Shown in pieces: positions 50,483 through 64,000 of a stretch of 64,000 nt of DNA. The stretch is from assembly GCA_951406725.2 (NCBI GenBank), contig OX597819.1, positions 49,600,001-49,664,000 of the forward strand, read 5' to 3'. Every line of letters begins with the position of its first letter. The first letter of the stretch is position 1. The DNA comes from Octopus vulgaris. Taxonomy: Eukaryota. Made by a program: the position numbers and the translations under genes. Under the pieces are notes generated by a model. The model worked only from the letters and a program-made list of their open reading frames with translations. It had not been told where the DNA came from and ran no database searches.

Positions 50483-50665
50483 ATATATATTTATTTATTA
50501 ATTTTGGATCGCCTTGATAACATGTTAGCATTTTTTCAGGAATATTAATTTTCACATTTTCTATATACGTTAATGCAATAGAAACAACTTTTGGCTTTAT
50601 AAAGTCAGATCTATAATAAAGATGTAATTTTTCTCTATGCATATTTTTTTATATATATATATGTA

Positions 50666-50714
<49 letters not shown>

Positions 50715-50979
50715 GTCTACTTTTCCATTATGGTTTGGGTTGCAAGAAAGCTTATTGGGACAGCATTTTCTATGGGCAGATATCCATCCTGTTGGTAGCC
50801 TCCACATTTTTCAAAGCATGGTATCTCCCAAGTCAGTGAACAATTAACTGTCTAGACATGTTTTACATAAAGAACTGAAAACAAACGACACTGTCAGGTA
50901 TGCTGTTGGTTACAAACCCACGAAAAGATGATGGGAATACGAACTTACTCACACAGCCAGATGTGCAGACAGACAGACG

Positions 50980-51200
50980 TGTGTGTGACGGATTTCTTTC
51001 AGTTGCAACCAAACCCATTTATAAGGCTATAATAGAAGACACTTGCCCAAGGTGCTACAAAGTGGGGCTGAAACCAAAAACACACAGCTAGGAAGTGATC
51101 TTAGTATGGCACCTTGAGCAAAGGCATTTAACATAACTTCAGATCGGTTCAATCCTTAACAGCGAATTTAGATAGACAGAAACTATATAAAGGCTAGTTA
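50980..51200. mobile_element. Two SINE family A fragments in opposite orientation
   Basis: Minus copy (gaagacacttgcccaaggtgc, ~50980-51100) abuts a plus fragment (ggcaccttgagcaa...tagacagaaact, ~51105-51200). Confidence 0.65.
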
Positions 51201-53269
51201 GATGAACTGTAGTTTTAATTCAAGTCCAGACTTCCACAGGAGTGCTCAGCCACTTGCTAGTTCAATGAGTAAATTGCCCAAATGGTTGAACAAACTGGAT
51301 ACTCAAATGCTCCCTTCTTTTATACTTATAGCTTACATCTAGCATAAAGCCGCCTCTCCTACTGTAGCCCCACTCAGCTGAAAGGGATCTTAGTCTTGCA
51401 AGCTGTATGGTGACCTCATGTAATAAAAACAAGCACCCAGCACACATTGTACAGTGTGTTGGCAAAAAAGGATTCAAAAGCAGACAGCAGAGCAGGATAC
51501 TGTCATTGAACTGTCAAACTATCCTACCCAAGCCAGCAACGAACGATAAATTATGATGCTGAGTCCAAATCATTATACTGAGTAAAGAAACATAACCCTC
51601 ACAATCTCTAAGTGCCCCATAACTAGTTTATTATAATTAATATTATTATCAACTCCACACCATCTGTTGATTGCTTTGCCCACTTCTCATATGGCAGTTA
51701 AGTTTCTAGTAACCACTGAGCCCATATTCATTGATTTAAAAGAAACAAGACAAGGACCCTTTTCTGTTAGAGTAGCGAGAGGTACACTCAGAGTTGTTTC
51801 ACTTTATTAATCAGCTAACTGCAGAAGTATAAGAAAGACTTTTTGCCAAGTTGACATATAATTAGTATCATTCAATGATGATGGTGGTGGTGGTGGTGGA
51901 GGTAGTAGGTACATTAGCAATTATACTGAACAATGCTAAAAGACTAGAAAAATTAGTCTCTAACTGGTTAAAAACAAAACACTTCAGTTTGTCAGGATCT
52001 GTAAATTAAAGTGTTATCAGTTTGAAACAGGATGAATAAGACTTCCACTAAAAGCACCATAGCCCTCATCACACTGCCTTGGATTGTCAGATCTTAAGAG
52101 GGAGGAAAATGAAAAAAAAGAAAAGAAAAAGAAAAAATACCACATACAATGAAATTACTTAACAGATTACCAGAAGAGAAAGAGGGAGGGGAGAAATAAA
52201 CAAAACAAAAAAAGTGGGGGAAGAAAAAAAAAGCAAAACACAAAAACAGCAAACGGAAAGTACAATATACATTAGGAATTTTAATTTTTTCAAGAGCTGC
52301 TATCACAAGAATACAAACTAGACTGACTATTATATATAAGATGCTCTTCTCTGATTTGTCAAGTGGCCAATAAGTGGCTGAGGGTAGGGAAGTACAAGTT
52401 TTATATCACAGAAACATACTCATGTTATTTGACTCAAGGAGCAACTAACAAGTATATCTCACACATACAGACGCATATATTCAACCATCCACTTCACTCC
52501 ACAATGTTCACTTGTTTCTGTAAATTTGTTTTTTTTTTTAAATTGTGCACACAAGACACATATACCAAGTTGCACATTGCCAGGTCACTTAGTGGTTGGC
52601 GAAAAATTTTATGGGTTCACTATGTATGCACACACCCTTATAGATCAAACACAGGATTATCTCATGGTTTAAACTTCAAAGAGAAAAGTTCATTCAAACA
52701 TTATAGGTTATTTTTATTTACTAGACATTTCTGCAGGTTTACTTACACAAATATGCTTGCACTTTCATACACAGGTTACTAAAACTGGTTAAATATAGGA
52801 TTTATTGACAATATACAAGTCAATTTGAATTTAAAGAAGTGAGGGAAGAAGAGAGAGTAAGAGAAAATTGTGTGTGGGAAGATTTATGTATAATGTTACA
52901 AATACATAAAAAAAACTATTATATATATATGTGCGTCATGTAATTCTGAAAAAAAAAAAAAGTTATGGAAGAGCTACTTGATGTTAAGAGGAGATTTCCC
53001 AATGTAATACACAAAAAATATCAAGTGGAAACAAAATATAGCATCCTAAAATAGCTAAACTGTTGTAAAAATAAAGCTTCTTAAATGACTGTACTTAATA
53101 GGGAAAAGAAACAAAACAAAAAAAAATCCAAGAAAAAATATAAAAGGGATGGGCTTTATGAGAAGACTTTAAAAAATATATGCAAAAAAAAAAATAGTTA
53201 GCAAAAGTAAGAGTTCAAATGCCGTGTTATGCCAAAGCTAAAGAAAGTGTTGAAATATTTCATTTAGGA

Positions 53270-53635
53270 CAAGGGTTTTCAACCATTTTTTGTTTATATC
53301 TTTAGACCCTTTTGATTATTATTTTATTCTGGTGGAACCCCATAGCTATTTGATGTTTGAAAATTAGTTTTATAGAAACTTTTTTCAAATTTCCTATTTT
53401 GCTTTTCACACATTAAAACTCATGTAGTTGGAGCTTATGTAAAATGTTAGAGAAAGACACCAGTTTCCTGCAATAAATACCAATACATACATCTAAAGCA
53501 AAATTTTCTCAGGAGCCCTTAAAATACTAGTGTGGATCCCAAATTTACTATTTGGTGGTGTAGAACCCCACCATCCCAACAAAATATATGGACCCTGGGG
53601 GGGGGGGGCATATAGCCCCCAGTTGAGAACCACTG
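53270..53635. mobile_element. hAT (Charlie-like) MITE
   Basis: Termini caagggttttcaacc and agttgagaaccactg (CAGTGGTTCTCAAC-type TIR). Flanking 8-mers atttagga and atctagaa match at 6 of 8 with a central TA. Confidence 0.75.
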
Positions 53636-53950
53636 ATCTAGAACAATAAATAAATGGAAAGAGGGAGAAATAGAAAAGAGTAAATATAATAAGCCTACAG
53701 CTGTGAAAAACTAGCAATGATGAGACCAGAGTTTCTGGATAGTCTCTAAGGGGAGAGGTTGCTTAGCATTGCTATGATGATAACACAGGCACTCCTTGGG
53801 GACTCGACAATACAATGCTTTACAATACATAAAATATCAAATTTAATTATTCAGCAGACTTGAAACTATAAAATAAATAAAATCAATATGTTTCTCCCTA
53901 AAATTAGGCCAGTAATAATAAGATATACATAAATATACATACATACATAA

Positions 53951-53986
<36 letters not shown>

Positions 53987-54767
53987 AAGGAAATGTTCTG
54001 TAAACTGTTGCAACATTAATAAAATCATTACTAGATTTTGTTTTGCTGTTCATCTTTAGTTTGTGTATGTGGATGCATGCATACAAACAGAGAAGCAAAT
54101 GTGTGTGTAAATATATATGCACATACACACATACAAATGTATGCGAACAAAATCAAGTTTGCATCTACAGCCAGGCATTTCTGCTGTCGCAAAATAATTT
54201 AACCAAAAGTAGCTAACAAAGGAGCATTTATGCCGTTAGTCAATCTGCTAAAAAATAACAGCTCAATCTTCTTCAAATCACAAAAGCTAAAAGGGTGTAG
54301 AGAGGACAATTTGGATAAGGCAATCATCAATGTACCGAGTTTGGTTTGCTCGACCTGAGGCTAACTAACAAGATTTCCTGTGAACGTCTATGAAATATGT
54401 GGAGATGAAGGCAACTTCTGGAAATCAGGATATCTTTAGAACTCACAAAACTACTTTAGTATGATATGCAGGTGTGTGTGTGTGTGTGTGTGCGTGTGTT
54501 TGTAATATAACACACACTGAAAAGCTAGTTAACAATATAGCAAAGAAAGGGCTAAGGAAACAAAGGTCAGAAGACTAAAAATTTCATTATTATGAGCAAC
54601 AATATAAAATATTTCCTAGGCATATACACACACTAAACATTCTGTTTTTACTGTGACATGTTCAACATATAAAATGTGTTAGGGAGTCATTGATGAAGCC
54701 TCTATGCAGTCGATCATTGTGCTAGAAATAGCAGCCAAATCTCCCTTGAATTTACACTCTATGGTCC

Positions 54768-55260
54768 TAACCCTTTAGTATTCAGTTTACTGTCAAATAT
54801 GGAGCTAGTCCACATAAGTCCATAAGGAGCTTAGGACCAGTTTCCTGGTGTCTCTGGCATGCATGTTTGTTCCTGGACAGGATGCCAGGTCAACACAGGA
54901 ACAGGATTACTCATTTTTACCAGCTGAGTGGACTGGAGCAGTGTGAAATGAAGTGATTTGCTCAAGAACATAACCCATCATCCGGTCCAGGAATTGAAAC
55001 CACAATCTTACAATCACAAGTCCAGCACCCTAACCACTAAACCATGCACCCCACCTCTCAGTCATTTATTGTAATGATCACTTATTCACATGGCTTTGAA
55101 TTAACCATGCATTGTCTTGTAGCTTTGAGGTTTTGGTGTGATTGTTTATTTTCAGAATGACATTGTAGGGTAGGTATGAGAGGCTGGATCCAGCCATTTT
55201 GAACATAAAACAGGTAGAATATTGGGTCAGATGAAGTCAGTTTAAATACTAATGGGTTAA
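54768..55260 (+). mobile_element. piggyBac-like TTAA MITE interrupted by a SINE
   Basis: taaccctttagtattcag left end and gtttaaatactaatgggttaa right end. The interior resumes at ~55070. Confidence 0.8.
54808..55053 (-). mobile_element. SINE family B nested in a MITE
   Basis: ttactcatttttaccagctgagtggactggagc...ttgctcaagaaca...ggaattgaaaccacaatctta...ccctaaccactaaaccatgc. Confidence 0.8.
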
Positions 55261-58200
55261 AAGAAGAAAAAAATGGACACAATGCTACATAAATTAGATG
55301 GGACAGTCACAGTAGGAATGCCAGGGATCATGGCCTGGCTGAGCTAACCAAACAATATGAAGTGCTGCACTAGATATGAGGACTGCCATTCACATGTATT
55401 CTCTAATTTTATGAAGTTTGTCATCCTTTAGTAAAGGCTAAAAACCAAAGCAAAATATCTACAATAGTTATCTATTTAGCTTCCATTAAAAGTGTATTAA
55501 TTGCCAGCTTTTATAATTTTATAAATCAATAGCTGCTTAGATTTTTTCTCCTTTCTTTCCTTCTTCATTATAAATACATTTGAAAGTGATATTTTTTTTC
55601 CTTTTATTATTTTTGTTGGTTTTTATTTTTTCAATTATGGTATAACTAATTAAGTGGAATAATTGAACAATATAAGGGTAAATTTAATTTAGATTTTTAT
55701 TTATTTATTTATTATATTAAAAAAAAAATTCATTGATTAAAGACTATGGGAAAAAAAATAAAAATAAAAAATAAACTAAGAAAACGATTGAACCATTTTA
55801 AAATAAAATGGCTTTCTAACTGGTTGCTAAATGAATAGAAAGTTGCCTGCGAGAATATATCAGGTAATATTACATAACATGGTTAACCTGAAGCAATTGC
55901 CTGTAATCTAAGTGGTTTGTGTATCATTCATTATGATCGATTTGTCTTTTTTCTTTTAGCTTTTTCCAGGTGTGGGATTTGAGGGTAGGGAGGGCAAGGT
56001 TTTCTCAAACTAGAAAATAAATAACAGAAAACTAAAGAAATAAAGAGGTCAGGAATACTATACTATATAATGTTAAAGAGACTTGGATACCTTGACCAAA
56101 AGCTGGAGAAAGCTACAGAGGAATCATTTTGCTTTACATTTCTTTAATCAACATGGAAAACAATATGTACAACAAGCAAACAAGAGAGCCACTACGTGGT
56201 AGCTTAACCTGCTAGAAATAACAGCCAATTCTGAAATTGCATGTTACCAGCATTAAAAAAAAAAACACAAAAAGGAAGACATAAGATAACGTGGCTCCAG
56301 ATATATTTTTGGAGAATAAATTATTCAGAGAAATTTCTCCAGAATGGCCATTCACACATTCATAAAAATCTATAATCAAGACAGATAATGCAGTGAGCAG
56401 TAAAAAACACTAGGAAAATAGTGACAATGCAGACTTAGGAGATTTCTATTATTTTAATCTGAAAAGTACATTGGAATAACATCCCACCCACCAAAATAAA
56501 TAAATGATTAAATAAATAAACTGGGATGATCACAGCTTGTATACCTTTGATCAAATCTGCTAGATTAGAGTTGACCTGGGTTTAAACAATAGCATAGACA
56601 AAAATATCAACATAATCATCTGTTTTTCAAGGTGGCATGGGTTGTATGGTTTTACAGGATCCAATAGGTAAGTGGATGCCGTTTTGCTCCAGTGTTTAAG
56701 CTTTGACATAATTTCTGCAGTGTCTGGATGCTTTGCCTGATGCCAACCACTTTGGAGAGTGAACCAAGTGCATTTTCGCAGAATTGGATAAACTGCAAGA
56801 CATCTTAAAATACGTTTTCCTCTACTTCCCTAACAACTTTGTACCAGTATAATAATAATAATAATAATTTCCAAAGATCCAGCAGATAATTTCTCAATAT
56901 CAACATTACTTAACGTTTTACTAAATATTAGTATATATCAGTGTTTATTGTGGTTGAGGGAGTTGCTTCATTATATAACCTCACTACAAGAGAAAACCTG
57001 AACCCTACCACTTACTTACACACTTCCTCCATACTTGCCATAAATTGCATTAGACAAGTAGCTTCTAAAAAGAAACAAGATTTATATATAAGATATTCAC
57101 ACATTCAGAAACTGCATCTTAGGATTCAAAATACATTATGCTTGTAGTTCACATTAACTCTTTATATCTCTGTTTCTCTCCATCCCAGCCACAATCTTTC
57201 ATCTCTTTACCAATTAGCAATGTTTCATAAAATTTAATTTTACTTTCCCCATATGTGGAACAGTAACTGGTGTATGTATTATCAAACATGACATTCATTA
57301 CTTCAATCTAATTTACTTCCTCACTGTCCAAATTATAACTACTCACAAACATGCACCTTCTGTAAAAGAGTATGTAGCTTTAAAGATAAAACTAGAAAAA
57401 AGAACTCTTCTCTGTTTATATACAGTTGAAATAACCTAGCGCTCAAAAAGAGAAAGAGAATAATCACAACTTTTGATGTCACTGTAAACATCAGGAGTGG
57501 ATTGAAATATCACTATATAATACTTAATATAACAATCACTCAAAACATTTTAAGCATTTTATAACAAATGTAATAAGATATGTTGATATATGGATCTTGT
57601 TACTTTAGATAACAATACAGCAAGGTCAATGGCTGATTTGGTAAAAATGGTACCAGCTTATATTTAAAGTTGCCGGATCTGGTCAGTTCTTCAGACAAAG
57701 TTCTTCTTTGTAAAGCTGGGTACAAATGAGAGAAATTTAGCTGCTATCACTAGCATTTGTAGCTACACAGTAGAGGCTCTTGATCTTTCCTGGTGATCCT
57801 AACATACCAAAAGAGACTTCCTTATCAGGAACAAGAAATACATAGTCATTGTAAAAATTCCAGGAAATACTTGAGCTTTATAGGGTTGAAGTAAGACCAG
57901 CTACCTACAATGGAGCACTATTCCTACATCTAGGATGATGATACCATAAGCAAATCCAGAACATCAAAAAGAACTCCATTGACAGAATAACAAAGGCTGA
58001 TCCACTGCCATTCAATCAGTAAAGCTACTATTAAGACAACAACCTGTGAATCAACTAATTACATACCACTGTCTCACTTCACCCCTCCCTCAGTTCTTGT
58101 ACTGAATTTTATATTCAGTCCTTCTCTAACAGGTCCTCACTCACGCTCACCCAAAGTGAATAACAAATGTTCAGTTGTATTAATCTCATCACTCTCAGAG

Positions 58201-60171
58201 AGCCTGAAGAGGTCTTGATCATTGTCCCCTTCCTCCTGACCTAAGCCATACATAAAAAAAGGAAACCCAAAAAACTTGCTCAGTTCCAACATAACTTACA
58301 GTGCAGCCTGTCAGCTTTTGCCATACTGGAGCAATGCCTTTGTTATAATTTTCTCAGCTATCATCTCAAATTATTGTCAATTCAGTATTTAGCCATGTAC
58401 AAAATAACATATATGGGAAATTTACACACATTAAGCAATTTCAATTATACAAGAAATCATTAACGGAAACCATTACACTAAGAGAGATAGAGGAAAACAA
58501 TAGGAAAAAACCTTTTATCATTCACTAGAAAAACATATATTTTATATATATAGCGTTACAACATAAGTGCCAACTTGTAATTAGTAATGTTGCATTTTTA
58601 TACATTTTAGCATTATTCTAGTAAAAACAAATTGGTTAACAAATAAAGTTAATAAAATAGCAAGTAAAAATATAAAAAGAACAACCTGAAAGATTGCCTT
58701 CCTTGTTATTGTAAACTAAACTATCAAGTTATTAAACTATCAGTTATTATACTCCGTGTCATTTTGGCTAAATTTTCAAAATATATAGTCTTGATAAGCA
58801 AGTAATTATCAAAGTAAACTAAAGAAAGTAAAAATAAAACAATAATAATAAAAAAAGCACACAACTTGTCTATTGTTGTAAAAGTAATGAAAAGACAGAA
58901 AAAAAATTACAAAATCTAAAACCAAATAAAGAGGATTTTACAAATCATTGAGGAAACAATAAGCACTTAACAAGAGAGGAAAACAATATTATTGACCCTG
59001 GACAAAGCTAAAATATTTATTTAATTTATTTGACATTTTTCCAATGATGTTATTGGAACACCATTTACAGATATGTGTTTATTCATATTAGATATCAAAA
59101 CGATTGATATCTTTATGACTATAAAATGACAATCAATAATTCACTGTATACAATTAAGCTGATATAGACAAGCTCTATCAACACCAACACTACGCAAATA
59201 AAAATCAGAGCTACACTATATTTAGTATAAGGCAATTTTTATGGCAGGCCATACATAACATACATTAAGGATATTGGCTTCAGTCAAACTATAAAGTAGT
59301 AACCTCACTACCAACACCACCCACAAAACACAAACACACAGGTTAGTTTTCACAATTTACAAAATAAGATGTAATTAAAAAGTTGATCATCTTTGTGTTG
59401 AATTTAAAATCTATTTATTTAGATATAAACCCCTCAAAAGAGAGGATGGTTACTATTAAAAAAGAGTTAATTAAAACAAACAAAATATATAAAGAAACCA
59501 CACGCACACACACGTAATTTAGGAGTGAAAAGGAAATCGTATCATTACCACTACAAACAAATTGGAAGGCCTTCAACATGGTTGCTCAATTTGCAAGAGA
59601 TAGAAGCCAAATATCACATCCTTTCATCTCAGAAACAAAAGGGTGGTAGTGGCGGCGGTGGATATATTAGATTGTATAACAAAATTCTTGGGACTTATTA
59701 CAGGGAATGTAAAGTGGGAAGTTCATCTGTTATCTAAAACATATTAGGAAAATGAATAATGTCAGAAATTTGGCATATTATCCTAGTTGTTCAGTAACGA
59801 GAAGAACCACCTCATTTAAAACTGCCTCAGGTGATAGGATTACATAGCAGAGAACAAACAGTGAGAATCACATGAATAAATGTTGTGAACTAGTGTTTAA
59901 TGATAGATTCTTACACTACTTAAAATATATTACAGATAAATATAAATGCTGTGAGAACAAGATTCTTTTCTCTCTATCTCTCTTTCTCTGCTAACTCAAA
60001 GCATGGTTTTCTGGTGAGTTTTCAGAATGCAATAAAAATTAAACCTCCATCACACACTGTCCCTGACTAAGTGCATTTACAAAGCCAATAACAAAGAGAA
60101 AGTTACACGTGAGCTTTATTATATTTCAGATATATATTCTCATTTCCACCTATTTTGGAACAGTGGTAAGT

Positions 60172-60500
60172 AAGCATGGCTGTGTGAAATCACATTATAC
60201 TCGGGGTTTCAGTCTTACTGCATGGCTCCTAGGGTAAATGGTTTTTCCCTATAACCCCAAGCCAAGCGAGACCTGCAAGTGGATTTATTAGACAGAAACT
60301 GTCTTGACATTGCATGATGGCTATAAATGAGTGTCACAGCCATACATGTGGTCTCATTTATTCTTTCTAACCTGCCATGAAAATACACCTAGTCATGCTT
60401 GGAACATGTAAGGATTGACAAAAGGAAGGGTATCCAGTTGTTGAAATTCTGCCGCAACAAATTCCATCTGACCCAGGCAAACAGGGAAAAATTAATATTA
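60172..60500 (+). mobile_element. Decayed SINE family A head followed by a family D-like tail
   Basis: gcatggctgtgtg...ggtttcagtc...gtggattt-ttagacagaaactg...aggaagggtatccagttg. Confidence 0.6.
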
Positions 60501-61365
60501 AAATAATTCAAGTCTTTGATAAAATGCTCATTTTTCTACATTCAGATATTTCAAACAGTATGTACAATATAAGTAATCTTACACAAGAAAAAAGTCATCA
60601 GGTTTTAAGTTAAACATGTAACATTCATACAATATTTATGTATTTTAGCAATAAAAGAGATATTAAGTCTTTCTATCCCAGCTGAATTCTAATGTTAGGA
60701 TACATACCACTCATCAAGGCTACTCTTATATGCAAAAGTGTTCCTCACTAAAAAGTATAAATAACATGAAACACAACAGCAAGTAGTCTCTTAACGTTCC
60801 TAATTTTTCTTTAGGCTCAATGTTTCGTCAGGTGTTGTTTTCCATAAATCACTGAGTGTATAAAACATATGTATGTGATTTTAGGTTATATACCAACTAT
60901 ACTCCTAGGGTATACGGAACTTAGGAGTTTAGTCCTGGTCATAACAGTTCCATTGTTTGCATATCAGCAACTATATCGTTCAGTGTATCCTTTGACTTGT
61001 GAGAGTTTTGACTGCTATTTTCAGCAGGTCAAATAACAATTGAATTGTATTTAATAAACCCTGGTATGTCTGATGCTTAATCCTAAGACAAATGCATACA
61101 TGCAACACAATTGTTCTATTATTACTTCTGCAAAAACATAGATCTCAAACAAAAAACAAGCAAGATAAAGTTGTAAAAACTGTACAAAACAAAAAAAAGC
61201 TATTACATTTTAAATTACTTTTTTTAATTTGGAACTGGATTTTCTCTTCAGCCATTATTTAATGAATTCTGTTGGGTATACTTTAGCAAAATATTCCTAT
61301 TTTAAAGACATCTCATGAAGCCATTTGCAAAAAACTAAAATGGCTCCATTAAGAGAATGTTAGAA

Positions 61366-61592
61366 TAACACTTTAGCATTCAAACCGGTCGTATCTGGCC
61401 AAAATATTCTACCCATTTTATGTACAAACTGACCAGATCCAGACTCTCAAACCCATCATACAATGCCATGTCAAAAATAAGCAATCACTTCAGAAAAATC
61501 TTGAAGCTACAAGATAATGTGTGTGATTAATTTAAAACAAAGTGACTCAATAAGCATTACATTTGATATAATAATCTGAATGCTAAGGGTCA
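61366..61592 (-). mobile_element. piggyBac-like TTAA MITE, reverse orientation
   Basis: taacactttagcattcaaaccgg...aatctgaatgctaagggtcaa. Confidence 0.8.
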
Positions 61593-62221
61593 AAAGAAAC
61601 CATAACCCTGGTTCAATTTCAGGTTTCAGCTTGCTGATGAAGTTCTCTTTTGGCCTTGCAATTATTACTGAAGTTTTTTGTAATTTGACTTAAGGAGGAA
61701 GGATAGAAAGAGAGGCTTTTCAAACACATAATCATCACTATAATAAGAAGATAGTGCTAGGTACATGATTTAACAGGCATTTCACTACAAATGACAATGA
61801 GTATAGGAAACTTTATCACTTTAGCACATTAACACACAATGGTTAAGGTAAAGATCACTAACTAAAGTTCAGCAGAGATGACAGTCTCATAAATCTAATC
61901 AGTAAATGGACATTTTGTTTTATAGCTTACTCAAAAGGAAGAAGGAGAAGTGGGGGAAAAAAACCCCATAACTTTTAGGTTGCTGTAGCAGAAAGAAATG
62001 CACCAAGATATCAAATCAATGTCAGAACTGAAAGCTAGTTCATATTCTTACAAAAGATTAAATCCCTTGTCCAAGAACTGGTATAGTCCATTCAACAGGA
62101 CTCTGTACTATTTCTACCAACCTAATTTAACAGGATCCTGCCAACAAATAAACTAATGAAGGAAACAAAAGATGGATTTAGTACGAATTTTTAGTACTAA
62201 ACCCATTTTCCATTTCCTTCC

Positions 62222-62320
62222 TCACCACAAGTCTTGCTCCCTTGTCATCTCCTTAATTAGGCCCAGTGTCTGAAGATCCTTTCTCACCACTTTGTTCCAC
62301 GTCTTCCTAGGTCTTTCCAC
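62222..62320 (-). pseudogene. RTE-type LINE ORF2 C-terminal fragment
   Basis: Minus strand translates RPRKTWNKVVRKDLQTLGLIKEMTREQDLW. This matches the RTE C-terminal pattern GRP-K-W---V--DL---GL--------W. Confidence 0.65.
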
Positions 62321-62539
62321 ATTGTCATCATTGTTTTAACATCTACTTTTCCAAGCTTGTATGGGTTGGGCTGAGTTTAATGGGATAAATTTTCTACACC
62401 AACACTGCAGATTTCTTGACACAGATCCAGTGAAAATTATATCGTAACTGTGGATGACACCATGTAGCCCAAACAGTGAATGTACTTTAATTGGCATGTA
62501 TCCAAAGTCCAAATAGTTACATATATACATACACACAGA

Positions 62540-62765
62540 TGCAGGCTGCTTGATTAAGAAGCTCATTTGCCAACCTCATGGTTTCAGGTTCAGTCCCACT
62601 ACGTGACACCTTGGATAAGTGTCTTCTGCTATAGCCCAAGGCCAACCAGTGCTTGTGTATGTGAATTTGGTAGATGGAAAGTGAAATAAGCTGATCATGT
62701 GCATATGAATTTGTGTGTGTCTTTGTACTCCCACTGATTGATAAACAGTGTTGGTTTGTTTGGTG
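62540..62765 (+). mobile_element. SINE family A
   Basis: ttaagaagctc...catggtttcaggttcagtcccactacgtgacaccttggataagtgtcttctgctatagcc...gaatttggtagatggaaa. Confidence 0.85.
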
Positions 62766-62772
62766 GGAGGGG

Positions 62773-62942
62773 GTTAATCAATTACATTGACCCCAAGATA
62801 TAACTGGTACTTATTTTGTGGACCCAGAAAGGATGAAAGGCAAAGATAGCCTTGGCAGCATTTGAACTCAGAACACAAAGACAGATGAAAAGTCACTAAG
62901 CATTTTGTCCCATATGCCAACGATTCTACCAGCTCGCCAACT
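62773..62942 (-). mobile_element. SINE family C
   Basis: actggtacttatttt...gaaaggatgaaaggcaaag...ccttggcagcatttgaactcagaac...cgattctaccagctcgcc. Confidence 0.8.
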
Positions 62943-63788
62943 TGATAATAATAATTTAGATAGTGATTTTCTAATTGTGTGTTCATTAAAATCCACACAT
63001 GAAAAGAAAGAATGTTTTCAGAAGTTATACCGATTTTGATCAAAATTTCTGAAATGTCAAAAGCTTTGATAAAAAAATAAAAATGGTGTTGAAAATATCT
63101 AATTAAATGTTAGAGCTATTTTTAGTAAATTATGAAACATGAATTTTAAAAAAAAAAAAAAAAATTATTATATGACTATATTTTGTGTGCATGTGTGTAC
63201 TACATAAGTGTGTACATCTATTTTATACAAGCACTAGTGCTTATTTGGCAAATGGACATACAATGCATATGTGCAGATGTTATCAGGATATACATGCGTG
63301 CAGCTGTGTACTTATGCAGAGAAACGCATGTAAAAATGTATAAGTGTATGTGTTTATGCTGGGAAAAATGTGAGCGTACCTACACACTCAGATATAGCAA
63401 TAAGCACACACACACAAACATAAATATGTAAGTGTAGAGAAACTATGAACAAGTTATGAACAAAGCATTGACTGTTTGGCAATAGACTTTAACAATAACA
63501 ACACGAACAAAAGTCTGTCAAGTGTAGGTCATTGTAAAATGTGACTTGTAAGTACATGACAGTGTTAGTAAGCTACTTCACTAAAACAATGAATACTATC
63601 TCTTTAATGTCAAGTATGAACACTTGAGCTATTTGACACACACACACACACACACACATACATACACAGGTACACTAAACCAGGACTCTTCCTTCAAACT
63701 GAAGTTTTCTCCAGTACAGCTGTAACTTATTTATTTCATTGCAAATACAGGTTTGCTTGCTCTCATACTATGTATGCATACTTGTATG

Positions 63789-63820
<32 letters not shown>

Positions 63821-64000
63821 TGTGTGCAACAGTGATGTATTTATTCCAGCTAGTGTAGTCCAAACGACACTGGTATACGGGTAAAAAAAAAATTATCCAC
63901 ATCTCTCTTACATGTAGAGAGAAAGTGTGTCCGACAATTAAGAAAGATAGTGTGAAAGATAGGCGAGACATAGAGACAAAGTTGAAAGAAAGTATTTTGT

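Noticed and set aside
40017-59960. Scattered Su(H)/CSL-like TGTGRGAA sites (e.g. ~40017, 47323, 52873, 59950)
   Set aside because: Unclustered and unpaired; compatible with chance in TG-rich sequence.
1131-63971. Most ORF-track entries (60-150 aa; F/L/K-rich or YI/CV/HT repeats)
   Set aside because: They are translations of poly-A/T runs, microsatellites and SINEs. Only 19309..19833, 20238..20465 (groucho exons), 28451..28648 (LINE) and the 49805-50456 set (transposase) carry recognisable protein.
42134-64000. Upstream groucho exons (MYP..., FKFT...EEF, LKLECEKLA...RHYVM) or another nested gene
   Set aside because: No such peptide or convincing exon found by eye; region treated as intron.

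Overview
AT-rich, microsatellite-rich eukaryotic (animal) genomic DNA. The interspersed repeat families resemble those I know from octopus (coleoid cephalopod) genomes; that assignment is an inference. The whole window appears to lie inside one minus-strand gene, a Groucho/TLE co-repressor. I can assemble nine in-frame exons: 42089-42133, 23156-23218, 20358-20432, 19407-19584, an 11-nt microexon at 18578-18588, 2922-3026, 2419-2469, 691-828 and 108-219. They encode the second half of the Q domain, the GP and CcN domains and the start of the SP domain. I did not find the first exons (presumably beyond 64000), and the WD40 exons should lie beyond position 1. Almost all ORF-track entries are spurious. 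The introns hold tRNA-derived SINEs, TTAA (piggyBac-like) and hAT MITEs, a decayed DD37D/maT transposon and LINE fragments. The most interesting signals point to a possible isoform-generating system in this gene: (1) a frame-required 11-nt microexon plus a second phase-equivalent 11-nt candidate 14 kb downstream; (2) a strong orphan acceptor that would give an AES/TLE5-like truncated protein; (3) a CpG-retaining intronic block that may be an internal promoter for a Q-truncated isoform; (4) several inverted repeats that would form intronic dsRNA (candidate ADAR substrates). These four are hypotheses that need RNA data.
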